A DNA stretch of 40,597 nucleotides, taken from the UHGV virus genome UHGV-0183645. One strand, given 5' to 3'. The translations under genes were made by a program, and so were the position numbers. This DNA comes from a virus. Below the pieces are notes generated by a model. The model did not search any database. It saw nothing but the letters and a program-made list of their open reading frames with translations, and had not been told where the DNA came from. Shown here piece after piece: positions 24,998 through 34,437 of this stretch (its first letter is position 1; each line of letters starts with the position of its first letter).

Positions 24998-26053
24998 ATG
25001 AGTACACAGGCAGTTAAAGCGGAAATTATAAACAATGTCATGGTAGCAATGTCGTATTACATCCAGCAACAGACCATCCTGTCAATGCTGGAACAGGTAA
25101 TGCAGCAGGAACTGGTCCGGGTTAACATGGAGGAGATTACCACACTGCCGGCAGAGCGGCAGGATAGCATTGCGGAGCGTAATAAGTACCTCATCCAGCT
25201 CTTTATGATTAAAAAGCGAAACCTGAAACGCGGGACGCTAGAGGGATACCTTGGAGCAATCAAGCGACTGCTAACAGTTATAAACACTAAGTCCCTGGAC
25301 CAGGTGGACGAGACAGATATAGAGTGGTATCTGGCCCAATATGAGCGGCGTGAAGGGCTGCACGGTAAGCTGGAGACTACTACATACAATAATGAGCGCC
25401 GGTTTCTGTCAGCCTTTTATACCTGGATGCGGAAGTCAAAGTTTATCGCTGACAACCCAGTAGAATCCACGGAGCCCAAGAAGGTATTCTTAAAACCCAT
25501 TGATTACTATTCCCCGGAGGAAATCATACGAATCAGAGATGCTTGTCAGAATGAGCGTGAAAGAGCCATCATTGAGGTATTCCGCAGTACCGGCGCCCGG
25601 GTGGGAGAGATTGCAGAGATTACCATGGAGCAGGTCAACCTGGAAACAGGAGATATCTGGATTCAGGGCGAGAAGGGCGGGAAATACCGGACTCTGTATT
25701 TGGATGACGATGCCAAGCACTACTATAAGCTCTATTTGGAGACGAGGACAGATAGCTCTCCATACATGTTTCCGAGTTCCAGGCGTCCATATGGGAGAAT
25801 GTGTACCTGTAGCTTCCGAAACATTATGAAAACCATAGGAAGGAGGGCCGGACTCACCTGCAGGGTATACCCGCACAAGATGAGAAAGACCCTGGGAATG
25901 AATCTTAAAAACAAAGGGGTGGATATTGGGACCATACAGGAGGTCCTGGGACATGCCAGCCCGGCAGTCACATCACAGTATTATGCACAGTCTACACCAC
26001 ATACCCTGCGGAGTGTAAGGGAGCGTGTGTCGTATAGGAGGATAGTAAATTGA
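24998..26053 (+). CDS. second tyrosine site-specific recombinase (XerC/XerD-like)
   Basis: RSTGARVGEI … HKMRKTLGMNL … LGHASPAVTSQYY supply the R…H-x-x-R…Y catalytic set. GAGGAGG RBS. Confidence 0.85.
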   Translation: MSTQAVKAEIINNVMVAMSYYIQQQTILSMLEQVMQQELVRVNMEEITTLPAERQDSIAERNKYLIQLFMIKKRNLKRGTLEGYLGAIKRLLTVINTKSLDQVDETDIEWYLAQYERREGLHGKLETTTYNNERRFLSAFYTWMRKSKFIADNPVESTEPKKVFLKPIDYYSPEEIIRIRDACQNERERAIIEVFRSTGARVGEIAEITMEQVNLETGDIWIQGEKGGKYRTLYLDDDAKHYYKLYLETRTDSSPYMFPSSRRPYGRMCTCSFRNIMKTIGRRAGLTCRVYPHKMRKTLGMNLKNKGVDIGTIQEVLGHASPAVTSQYYAQSTPHTLRSVRERVSYRRIVN

Positions 26054-26463
26054 AAATAACAAGGGATATGCTTAACAACTATAGACGCTTAAAACGGGAG
26101 ATACCGATACTTGAGGCAGAGCTGGTGGAAATGAAAAAGGGGGATAACGGATTTAATAATAGCACGATTTTTGATTATAGAGATGGATACCCACGGCCTC
26201 AGAGTGTAGTGGGATTTGACTGGCCGCTATATGAGCACAGAAAGAAAGTGCTTAATAGCAAAAAGGAACGGGTAAAAGCCGTGGAAAGGTGGATTAATTC
26301 CATAGAGGACGGGCAGACCAGATGTGTATTTCGGATGTTCTACATGGATGGCATGAGTTGGTTAAAGATAGCCGAGAAACTTAAGTGTGCAGGTGACCAT
26401 ATGGAGGACTACCCCAGAATATGTATAAGGGATTATTACCTTAAAAAAATGAATATTGCATAA
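26050..26463 (+). CDS. ArpU-family late transcriptional regulator (sigma-70 region 4-like)
   Basis: LNNYRRLKREIPILEAEL and the C-terminal FRMFYMDGMSWLKIAEKL HTH. Position just upstream of the packaging genes. Confidence 0.55.
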   Translation: MKITRDMLNNYRRLKREIPILEAELVEMKKGDNGFNNSTIFDYRDGYPRPQSVVGFDWPLYEHRKKVLNSKKERVKAVERWINSIEDGQTRCVFRMFYMDGMSWLKIAEKLKCAGDHMEDYPRICIRDYYLKKMNIA

Positions 26464-26600
26464 CATTTTTCGTTCATTTCGGCCATTTCGGAATATAATA
26501 TAATTAGGCCAAAGGGCAAGCGCCTGCGGCCTTCCCCCCGCTTGAAAAAGCGGCGTACCTACTGCGATAAATAGGACCAATGCCGGGAAACCGGCACTGA

Positions 26601-26674
26601 TGCGAGGTGGAGCAGTCTGGCAGCTCAATGGCCTCATAAGCCATAGGTCGGCGGTTCAAATCCGTCCCTCGCTA
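26601..26674 (+). tRNA. tRNA-Met (anticodon CAT)
   Basis: Manual cloverleaf fold: acceptor TGCGAGG/CCTCGCT, U8, D-stem GAGC/GCTC, anticodon stem ATGGC/GCCAT with loop CTCATAA, T-arm GGCGG-TTCAAAT-CCGTC, discriminator A. The 1:72 pair is mismatched. Confidence 0.7.
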
Positions 26675-26682
26675 CTATCAAA

Positions 26683-26715
26683 GGTACCTGTCAAATGATG
26701 GGTACTTTTTATTTA
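26683..26715 (+). terminator. hairpin GGTACC-N12-GGTACT followed by TTTTTATTT
   Basis: Lies downstream of the tRNA. Confidence 0.45.
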
Positions 26716-26831
26716 CCCAATTCCCGGCACCTGAAACTCAGGGTGTCCGGGGCCTCCTTGATGGAATATATTACCAGATGCACAGCCAGGAGGATGTCAT
26801 ATAATTATGACTAAGATAGGGGGACATCCGT

Positions 26832-27110
26832 ATGAAGATGACAGAACGTGAGACACAGATATACCAGTACATTGTTGATTACATGCAGGAGCATATGTAT
26901 GCACCGACCATACGGGAGATATGCAAAGCGGTTGGACTGAGCTCCACTGCATCTGTTGCGTTTTACATGGAGCACCTGGCAGGAAAGGGATTGATAGAGA
27001 TAGGACAAGATGCGCCCAGGAAAATACGACTGGTCGGGTACAGTATCGTGCCTAATAGTATGATAGAGGAACTGAATAGATTAAGAGCGGAAAGAGAGGT
27101 ATCTGAGTAA
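26832..27110 (+). CDS. LexA N-terminal DNA-binding-domain homologue lacking the S24 peptidase/autocleavage domain
   Basis: MTERETQIYQYIVDYMQEHMYAPTIREICKAVGLSSTASVAFYMEHLAGKGLIEI…PRKIRL aligns with the LexA winged-helix domain (…GYPPSVREI..AVGL.S.S.V..HL..LE.KG.I…RAIEL). The protein ends at 92 aa. Confidence 0.65.
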   Translation: MKMTERETQIYQYIVDYMQEHMYAPTIREICKAVGLSSTASVAFYMEHLAGKGLIEIGQDAPRKIRLVGYSIVPNSMIEELNRLRAEREVSE

Positions 27111-27149
27111 TCAGGTGCCTTTTTATATATCATGAAGGAGGACAAGAAC

Positions 27150-27371
27150 ATGGGAGAGAAATGGGAGAAGCCATTATTAGGAGTTAAGCCGGCGCGGCTT
27201 GTTATTACTGACAGGAATCTGGACCTTGCTAAAGCAATATGGGAACGTACCATGCAGGAGAAGATAACTGCTGCGGATTACCGGTTAATGGCCTTATGGG
27301 CATCGGAAATAACACTGAACTGCAACATGATGCTGGCATTGGATAAAACAGTAAAGATGATGGGAGAGTAG
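27150..27371 (+). CDS. hypothetical protein (73 aa)
   Basis: AAGGAGG RBS 7 nt before ATG 27150. Confidence 0.4.
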   Translation: MGEKWEKPLLGVKPARLVITDRNLDLAKAIWERTMQEKITAADYRLMALWASEITLNCNMMLALDKTVKMMGE

Positions 27372-27411
27372 TAGTCTGATTTAGTAAATTGGAAAACGAA
27401 ACGATTGAGAG

Positions 27412-28197
27412 GTGGTGGTCGTGCCAAGAGGGCGGAGTCCCAACCGGGATAAAGCATTTGAGATATATAAGCAGCACGGGGGTAAAATTACAAATCGTGA
27501 AATTGCAGCCCAGCTGGATGAGGACGAGAAGGTTATAGCTGTCTGGAAGAGCCGGGATAAGTGGAATGTTGTACAACAAAAGAAAAAGGAACGTTGTACA
27601 ACAAAATCCAGAGGTGGGCAGCCAGGAAACAAGAATGCTGTAGGGCATGGAGGGACTGGGCCGCCTGGGAATAAGAATGCGGTTAAGACGGGGGAGTTTG
27701 AATCCCTCTTTTTTGATACCCTTACACCAGATGAGCAGGAACTTATTGCAGTCCTGCCGAGGGATAAGGGAGAGCTGCTGCTGCAGGAGATACAACTCTT
27801 GACCGTGAGGGAGCGTAGGATGTTACAGCGCGTCAATGACCTCAAACAGGCAGCAGAGGAGCAGACTAAGAAGAAGGCCGAAGGCATGACAAAGGTAAAG
27901 TGGAAAGATGGTTTTGGCGCCAACGGTCCCATTGAGGTTACAGAGTATGAGGGTGTCTTGGGGCAGATACAGTCCGTTGAGGATGCCCTTACCCGTGTCC
28001 AGGCCAGGAAGCAGAAAGCGATTGATTCCCTGCATCGGTTTGGCTTTGATGATGCCCGCCTGGAAATCGAGTTGATGAAGCTTGATATCGCAACCCTCAA
28101 GGTGGATAATCAGGACCAGGAAACGGAAGATGATGGATTCCTGGCGGCTATGGATGCTGAGGCATCAAGTCTGTGGGGGGATGTGGATGGGGATTAA
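27412..28197 (+). CDS. terS: terminase small subunit
   Basis: Repeated GGQPGNKNAVGHG / GPPGNKNAVKTG motifs typical of Gram-positive phage TerS. Immediately upstream of terL. Confidence 0.6.
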   Translation: MVVVPRGRSPNRDKAFEIYKQHGGKITNREIAAQLDEDEKVIAVWKSRDKWNVVQQKKKERCTTKSRGGQPGNKNAVGHGGTGPPGNKNAVKTGEFESLFFDTLTPDEQELIAVLPRDKGELLLQEIQLLTVRERRMLQRVNDLKQAAEEQTKKKAEGMTKVKWKDGFGANGPIEVTEYEGVLGQIQSVEDALTRVQARKQKAIDSLHRFGFDDARLEIELMKLDIATLKVDNQDQETEDDGFLAAMDAEASSLWGDVDGD

Positions 28198-29611
28198 CGA
28201 GCGCATTGCCCAAATGAAGGAACGGATACAGCGGATTAAGGAAAAGCGGAATATCATAACAAAGCTGCAGGTATTTAAGTTCAAGCCGTTTTCAAAAAAG
28301 CAGAAGCAGATACTTACATGGTGGATGCCGAGCAGCCCGGTAAAGGACTATGACGGTATCATTGCGGATGGTGCTATCCGTTCTGGTAAGACGGTCTGTA
28401 TGTCCTTATCTTTTGTGTTCTGGGCCATGAAAACCTTCGCTGGCCAGAATTTCGCCATGTGTGGAAAGACCATTGGCTCCTTCCGGCGCAATGTGTTGTT
28501 CTGGCTTAAAATCATGCTACGGAGCCGCGGATATAAGGTAATGGACCACCGGGCGGACAATCTGGTGGAGATATCACGTAATGGTGTAACCAATAATTTT
28601 TACATATTCGGAGGTAAGGATGAACGCAGCCAGGACCTGATACAGGGTATCACTTTGGCGGGCCTGTTTTGTGATGAGGTGGCCTTGATGCCGGAATCAT
28701 TTGTTAATCAGGCAACCGGCCGATGCTCCGTTGATGGAAGCAAATACTGGTTTAACTGCAACCCGGACGGCCCTTATCATTGGTTCAAAACGAACTGGAT
28801 TGACCGTTCAGTGGGATATCTGGGGAAATCAAATGTAGAACGGCAGCGTAAGGAAGCAGCAGAGAAGAAGCAGGAGATATCCTTTAAAAAGCTGTTGTAT
28901 GTCCATTTTACCATGGATGATAACCTGAGCCTGTCCGAAGAGATTAAAGCCAGGTATAGGGAAAGTTACAGCGGTGTTTTCTACAAGCGCTATATCCTGG
29001 GGCTGTGGGCAATGGCAGAAGGCATTATCTACGATATGTTTGACGTGGATAAGCATGTTAAAAAGGTGATTGCCAACTTATACAATTCTGGGAGATATGT
29101 AAGCATTGACTACGGTACCCAGAATGCAACAGTATTTCTTCTGTGGAACCGCGGTGTGGATGGGAAATGGTATTGCATCAGGGAGTATTACTATTCTGGC
29201 CGGGATAATGCAAAGCAGAGAACGGATGCAGAATATGTCAGTGATTTCAAAGCATTCCTTGGAGGGATAAAAGTTAAGGGTGTCATTGTTGACCCATCGG
29301 CCGCTTCCTTCATTGTGGCATTAAGGCAGGCTGGTTATCCGGTGCTCAAAGCAAAAAATGATGTGGAGGACGGGATACGTCTGGTAGGTACATTGTTAAA
29401 TCAGGAAAAGATTGCATTCAGCGCCTCATGTGTTAATACCATAAAAGAATTTGCATCATACATATGGGATGCGAAGGCCGTTGACCGGGGAGCGGATGCA
29501 CCGATAAAGCAGCATGACCACGCTATGGATGCGGTACGCTATTTCTGTTATATGGTCCTTAATAACAATAGGGCAAAAATCAAGAATAAATCCAGCTACG
29601 GATTTTATTAA
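28187..29611 (+). CDS. terL: terminase large subunit
   Basis: Walker A-like ADGAIRSGKT. Walker B LFCDEVALM. C-terminal nuclease region. Overlaps the terS end. Confidence 0.85.
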   Translation: MGINERIAQMKERIQRIKEKRNIITKLQVFKFKPFSKKQKQILTWWMPSSPVKDYDGIIADGAIRSGKTVCMSLSFVFWAMKTFAGQNFAMCGKTIGSFRRNVLFWLKIMLRSRGYKVMDHRADNLVEISRNGVTNNFYIFGGKDERSQDLIQGITLAGLFCDEVALMPESFVNQATGRCSVDGSKYWFNCNPDGPYHWFKTNWIDRSVGYLGKSNVERQRKEAAEKKQEISFKKLLYVHFTMDDNLSLSEEIKARYRESYSGVFYKRYILGLWAMAEGIIYDMFDVDKHVKKVIANLYNSGRYVSIDYGTQNATVFLLWNRGVDGKWYCIREYYYSGRDNAKQRTDAEYVSDFKAFLGGIKVKGVIVDPSAASFIVALRQAGYPVLKAKNDVEDGIRLVGTLLNQEKIAFSASCVNTIKEFASYIWDAKAVDRGADAPIKQHDHAMDAVRYFCYMVLNNNRAKIKNKSSYGFY

Positions 29612-29619
29612 AGGAGGTG

Positions 29620-31035
29620 ATGGCTATATACACATTTACATATCCAGGTGATAAATACGATGAGCTGAACCTGAACAAGCAGGATATCCTCCACCTCATT
29701 ATGAAACATCAGCAACTGGTCATAAGGATGCGGAAGAACTTGAAGTATTACGAGGGGCAGCACAAGATACTGGAAGGGGAAAAGAAGGATGGACCGGACA
29801 CCCGGCTGGTATGTAATCATGCTAAGGATATCAGCGATACAGCCAGCAGTTATTTTATCGGGAATCCAGTGACATACAATTCCGACAAGGATATAAAACC
29901 ACTCCTTGATGCCTTTGAAGATGCAGGTGTGGATGAGGTAGACGGAGACAACGGCCTTGACCTGTCAATCTATGGGCGGGCCTATGAGTATGTATACACG
30001 AAGGAAGGGGAGCCGGTTCCTACAATCAAGAACCTGTCACCACTTAATACATTTATGGTGCATGACGATACCATTGAGGAGAACGAGTTATTTGCTGTCT
30101 ATTATTATGCCAGGAAGGATGATACCGACCATAAGCCTACAGCGTATATGGCAACGGTGTGTACTCAGAATTATAAGTATGTAATGACCATACTTGATAG
30201 GGACGAGCCACAGGCCATAAACGAGGAACCAGAGCCACACTTTTATGGTGATGTACCCATTGTCGAGTACCAGAATAACAAGCTTGCTATGGGTGATTTC
30301 GAGTTGCAGATACCCCTGATTGATGCTTATAACACTATAATGTCAGACCGGGTGAATGACAAGGCACAGTTTATTGATGCGATACTGGCAGTTTATGGTA
30401 CGCTTCTTGGGGACGGTGAAGAAGATGAAAACGGGGAGACAGGGGCCGATAAGGCAATGGTGGAATTAAAGAAAAAAAAGATGGTAGAAATGCCAGACGG
30501 TGGAAAGATGGAGTATGTTACCCGTACATTTGATGAATCTGGAATTGAGATTCTCAGAAGAGCCATTGAGCAGGATATCCATAAGTTTTCCCATATTCCT
30601 TGCATGACGGACGAATCCTTTGCCGGGAATGTATCTGGTGTGGCAATGGAGTTCAAGCTGCTGGGGATGGAGAATATCACGAAAATCAAGACGAGATATT
30701 ATAAGAAGGGGCTCAGGAAGCGTATCCGGCTCTTTACAAATTTCCTTAAAACCAGAAGCATCAATGTGGATACAACCGGAATAAGCCCGGTATTCACAAG
30801 GGCAATGCCGAAGAACTTGCTTGAAATAAGCCAGATAACCGCAAATCTGTGGGGCAAGGTAAGCAAGAAAACCTTGCTATCACAAATACCATTCGTGACA
30901 GATGTGGACGGGGAGGTCAAGGCGGTTACGAAGGAGGCCGAGGAGGCCGTGAAACAACAACGAGCAATGTTTGGCCTTGGGAGTAACGAACCGCCGCCGG
31001 ATGATGGGAGTCCCCAAGGTGATGTAGATGAGTAG
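29620..31035 (+). CDS. portal protein (SPP1-type)
   Basis: 472 aa directly after terL. Typical portal size and acidic C-terminus. Confidence 0.75.
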   Translation: MAIYTFTYPGDKYDELNLNKQDILHLIMKHQQLVIRMRKNLKYYEGQHKILEGEKKDGPDTRLVCNHAKDISDTASSYFIGNPVTYNSDKDIKPLLDAFEDAGVDEVDGDNGLDLSIYGRAYEYVYTKEGEPVPTIKNLSPLNTFMVHDDTIEENELFAVYYYARKDDTDHKPTAYMATVCTQNYKYVMTILDRDEPQAINEEPEPHFYGDVPIVEYQNNKLAMGDFELQIPLIDAYNTIMSDRVNDKAQFIDAILAVYGTLLGDGEEDENGETGADKAMVELKKKKMVEMPDGGKMEYVTRTFDESGIEILRRAIEQDIHKFSHIPCMTDESFAGNVSGVAMEFKLLGMENITKIKTRYYKKGLRKRIRLFTNFLKTRSINVDTTGISPVFTRAMPKNLLEISQITANLWGKVSKKTLLSQIPFVTDVDGEVKAVTKEAEEAVKQQRAMFGLGSNEPPPDDGSPQGDVDE

Positions 31036-32119
31036 CAGTTTGTCTTATTGGGAGCGCCGTAAGGCCCGGCAGATGTTTGAGTATATGCAATCAGCCGAAG
31101 ATACCGCAGACGATATCGCAAAGTTGTATCAAAAAGCATCCGGGTATATCAGCCATGAGCTGGATAAAATATTTGAGCGGTACAAGCGTAAGCATCACTT
31201 GACAGACGCGGAGGCATATAGACTGCTAAATGACTTAAAGGACAAGACATCGTTGGATGAGCTGAAACAGGCATTAAGGGCGCCTGGAAGGGGGCAGACG
31301 GCAGCGGACATCCTTGCAGAACTGGAAAGCCCAGCATTCCAGGCACGGCTTGAACGACTCCAGCAGCTCCAGAACCAGATTGACATTACCATGCAGCAGA
31401 TTTATAAGCAGGAAAAGGTTAGGAGCACCAGCCATTATGTGGACCTTGCAAACGAGGCATATTATAAGAGCATTTTCGATATCCAGCAACGGACGGGGCT
31501 GGGTTTTTCTTTTGCCGCTATTAACCCAAAGGCTATTGATAAGGTGATAAACAGCAAATGGTCCGGTGCAAATTACTCAGACCGTATTTGGCATAATACC
31601 AGAGCGCTTGCACAGGACTTAAAACAGGAGCTACTCATCAATATGGTGACAGGTCGGACTGACAGCGAGGTGGCCGACACCATAGCCAATAAGTATGCCC
31701 AGGGGGCCAGCAATGCACGCAGACTGGTGCGGACTGAATCCTGTAATCTGGCAAACCAGATGGAGATGCAGTCATATGAGGAGTGCGGCATTGAGACATA
31801 TATTTATGTGGCAACACTGGACCTTAAGACGTCAACCGTGTGCCGGGGATTAGACGGTAAACGGTTTAATGTGTCTGAGCAGCAGCCAGGACTTAACTGC
31901 CCTCCCATGCATCCATGGTGCCGGTCCACAACTATCTGTGATATCTCAAATGCGGAATTATCCCAGATGCGGCGCAGGGCCAGAAATCCGGTTACTGGAA
32001 AGAATGAGGAAATACCGGCCAGTATGACTTATGAACAGTGGTATGCGAAATATGTAAAGAGAAGAAAAGAAGCAGAAGAGAAGGAGAAGCAGATGAAGCG
32101 AAGAAAAAAGAAAGGTTAG
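31028..32119 (+). CDS. head morphogenesis / minor capsid protein (Mu gpF / SPP1 gp7-like)
   Basis: The core …VRTESCNLANQMEMQSYEECGIETYIYVATLDLKTSTVCRGLDGKRF… resembles a Phage_Mu_F domain. Confidence 0.7.
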   Translation: MSSSLSYWERRKARQMFEYMQSAEDTADDIAKLYQKASGYISHELDKIFERYKRKHHLTDAEAYRLLNDLKDKTSLDELKQALRAPGRGQTAADILAELESPAFQARLERLQQLQNQIDITMQQIYKQEKVRSTSHYVDLANEAYYKSIFDIQQRTGLGFSFAAINPKAIDKVINSKWSGANYSDRIWHNTRALAQDLKQELLINMVTGRTDSEVADTIANKYAQGASNARRLVRTESCNLANQMEMQSYEECGIETYIYVATLDLKTSTVCRGLDGKRFNVSEQQPGLNCPPMHPWCRSTTICDISNAELSQMRRRARNPVTGKNEEIPASMTYEQWYAKYVKRRKEAEEKEKQMKRRKKKG

Positions 32120-32267
32120 GTGGTCCACATATCTCCCTCTGGGCAGCGGGGTGAAACTGCCTATGGAAACATATAGCTGAGATAGAAGCACGCAGGTGAC
32201 ACCTGGGTGTTATTTTTATGCAACGGCCTGGGCGCATGAACAGGCTGGGGCGGAAAGGATAGAGATT

Positions 32268-32876
32268 ATGAGAACAAGAGAACCAATGTATCAGAAAATG
32301 AACTTACAGCTTTTTGCAGAACCGGGACCAGACCCCGCACCAACGCCTGAGCCAGACCCCAAACCGGAGCCGGGACCAGACCCTTCTCCACAGAGTTTTG
32401 ATGATATCCTAAAAAACAAGGATTATCAGGCCGAGTTTGACCGCAGGGTGCAGAAGGGGATTGACACTGCCCTTGCAAAGGCGCAGGAGAAATGGCAGGC
32501 GCTTACTGATGATAAGCTGTCAGAGGCCGAGAAACTTGCAAAGATGACCAAGGAGGAGAAAGCACAATATCTTTCCCAGAAACAGGAGAGGGCATTGGCA
32601 GCCCGTGAGGCAGACATCACGCGCCGGGAACTGATGGCGGAAGCCAAGAATACCCTGGCTGAAAAGAAGCTTCCTGTGGGGCTTGCAGAAGTGCTTAATT
32701 ACACGAATGCGGAGTCATGCAACAAGTCAATTGACGCAGTAGAGAAAGCCTTCCAAGAGGCTGTACAGGCTGCTGTGGACGAGAAACTTAAAGGTGGACC
32801 CGCGCCGAAGAAAGCACCGTCAGGCGGGGGTGATGACCTTGCTAAACAGGTGGAATCACTGATGATGGGAATTTAA
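32268..32876 (+). CDS. scaffolding protein
   Basis: The MNLQLFAE N-terminal hallmark of DUF4355-type scaffolds. Coiled-coil, Glu/Lys-rich. Confidence 0.65.
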   Translation: MRTREPMYQKMNLQLFAEPGPDPAPTPEPDPKPEPGPDPSPQSFDDILKNKDYQAEFDRRVQKGIDTALAKAQEKWQALTDDKLSEAEKLAKMTKEEKAQYLSQKQERALAAREADITRRELMAEAKNTLAEKKLPVGLAEVLNYTNAESCNKSIDAVEKAFQEAVQAAVDEKLKGGPAPKKAPSGGGDDLAKQVESLMMGI

Positions 32877-32895
32877 GAAAGGATGGTAAAAGAAT

Positions 32896-33837
32896 ATGCC
32901 AATTAACACATTAGCAACTGCAACACTTTTTCAGAATACTTTGGATAAGGTGGCAATCCGGGAGGCTGTTACAGGCTGGATGGATGCAAATGCCGGACAG
33001 GTCATTTACAATGGAGGCGCTGAGGTGAAAATCCCGAAGATGTCCGTCCAGGGCCTGGGGGACTATGACCGGGACAACGGATACCAACAGGGCGGCGTTA
33101 CCCTGGAGTATGAAACCAGGAAGATGACACAGGACAGAGGCCGCAAGTTCCAGCTTGACCCAATCGACATTAATGAGAACAACTTTGTGACCACGGCAGC
33201 CGCAGTCATGGGCGAATTCCAGCGCGTGTATGTCGTACCTGAGATTGATGCATACCGTATCAGTAAGATTGCAACAGAGACAATCGCGGCGAAGAAGGAT
33301 GGCATGGTGTCCTATGGTTATACACCGGGAGCCACCGGGACTTCGGCCCTTCGGAAAATCAAGGAAGGAATCAAGGCAATCCGTGAACTGTACAACGGCC
33401 CGCTTGTAATCCATGCGACACCTGACATGATTATGGAGTTGGAAATGGAGTTGTCCGGTAAGATTACAAGTACCACGTTTTCAAAGGGAGGAATTGATAC
33501 TGCAGTTCCTTCAGTGGATGAGGTACCAATTGTGTCCACACCTTCCAACCGCATGTATACGGCAATCACTATCTACGATGGTAAGACCTCAGGACAGGAA
33601 CAGGGAGGCTATGTGAAGGGCACCACAGCGAAGGATATCAACTTCTTTATCTGCCCGCGCACAACACCCATTGCAGTCACTAAGCAGGATATCATGCGTA
33701 TCTTTGACCCGACAGTTAACCAGAAACTGAATGCGTGGCAGATGGATTATCGTAGGTTCCACGACATCTGGGTGCTGGACAATAAACTGGATAGCATCTA
33801 TCTGAGCATTAAGGATGCCGCTCCATCTGAAGGATAA
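32896..33837 (+). CDS. major capsid protein
   Basis: 313 aa directly after the scaffold. AGGATGG RBS. Confidence 0.65.
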   Translation: MPINTLATATLFQNTLDKVAIREAVTGWMDANAGQVIYNGGAEVKIPKMSVQGLGDYDRDNGYQQGGVTLEYETRKMTQDRGRKFQLDPIDINENNFVTTAAAVMGEFQRVYVVPEIDAYRISKIATETIAAKKDGMVSYGYTPGATGTSALRKIKEGIKAIRELYNGPLVIHATPDMIMELEMELSGKITSTTFSKGGIDTAVPSVDEVPIVSTPSNRMYTAITIYDGKTSGQEQGGYVKGTTAKDINFFICPRTTPIAVTKQDIMRIFDPTVNQKLNAWQMDYRRFHDIWVLDNKLDSIYLSIKDAAPSEG

Positions 33838-33848
33838 GGAGGTAGCTT

Positions 33849-34094
33849 ATGAGGCTGATTAAGGATAATGTGGAGCGGATTGCTGAGAGTGAGACCCGAA
33901 TCGCGAAGCTGAAAGCGGATGGGTTTAAGGAGCTGGGAACCTCAGTGAAAGAGCTGGAAAAGCGGAACCCCATCCATGAGATGAAATTGGATGAACTAAA
34001 AACCCTGGCGAAAGAAAAGGGTATTGAAGGCGCGGCTTCTCTTACAAAGGCGGAATTACTGGCCGTCCTTAAGGATGTGAGTTCCGGTGACTGA
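33849..34094 (+). CDS. small protein with Rho-N/SAP-like motif (KLDELKTLAKEKGIEGAASLTKAELLAVL)
   Basis: Common small ORF after the capsid gene. Confidence 0.4.
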   Translation: MRLIKDNVERIAESETRIAKLKADGFKELGTSVKELEKRNPIHEMKLDELKTLAKEKGIEGAASLTKAELLAVLKDVSSGD

Positions 34095-34437
34095 TATCGA
34101 AAAATTGAAAAAGCTGACAGGGGAGGGTGATGATATATTGCTCTCCCTTTTGCTGGAGGAGGCCACAGCCTTTGTGCTGTCCTATACAGGCCGTACAAAG
34201 ATTGTGGCAGGTCTGGAAAAGGCAGTACGTGACCTGGCCGTGATTGCCCTAAACCGTATGGGTACAGAGGGCGAGGCCAGCCGGAGCGGCGGCGGAGAAT
34301 CATATAGTTTTGATAATGCCCCAAAGCACATCTATGACACGCTGGACAGGTATAGGCTGGCAAGGATAGGAGGCAGGACGTATGAGGCTAAGACGGAGCA
34401 GGCTGGAAATGTACCATCACCGGGAGGCAATACCTAA
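34087..34437 (+). CDS. head-tail connector protein (gp6-like)
   Basis: LLEEATAFVLSYTGR…AVRDLAVIALNRMGTEG pattern. Confidence 0.5.
   Translation: MTDIEKLKKLTGEGDDILLSLLLEEATAFVLSYTGRTKIVAGLEKAVRDLAVIALNRMGTEGEASRSGGGESYSFDNAPKHIYDTLDRYRLARIGGRTYEAKTEQAGNVPSPGGNT

Noticed and set aside
27381-28100. 239-aa minus-strand ORF opposite terS
   Set aside because: It is antisense to a gene with clear TerS motifs and has no RBS.
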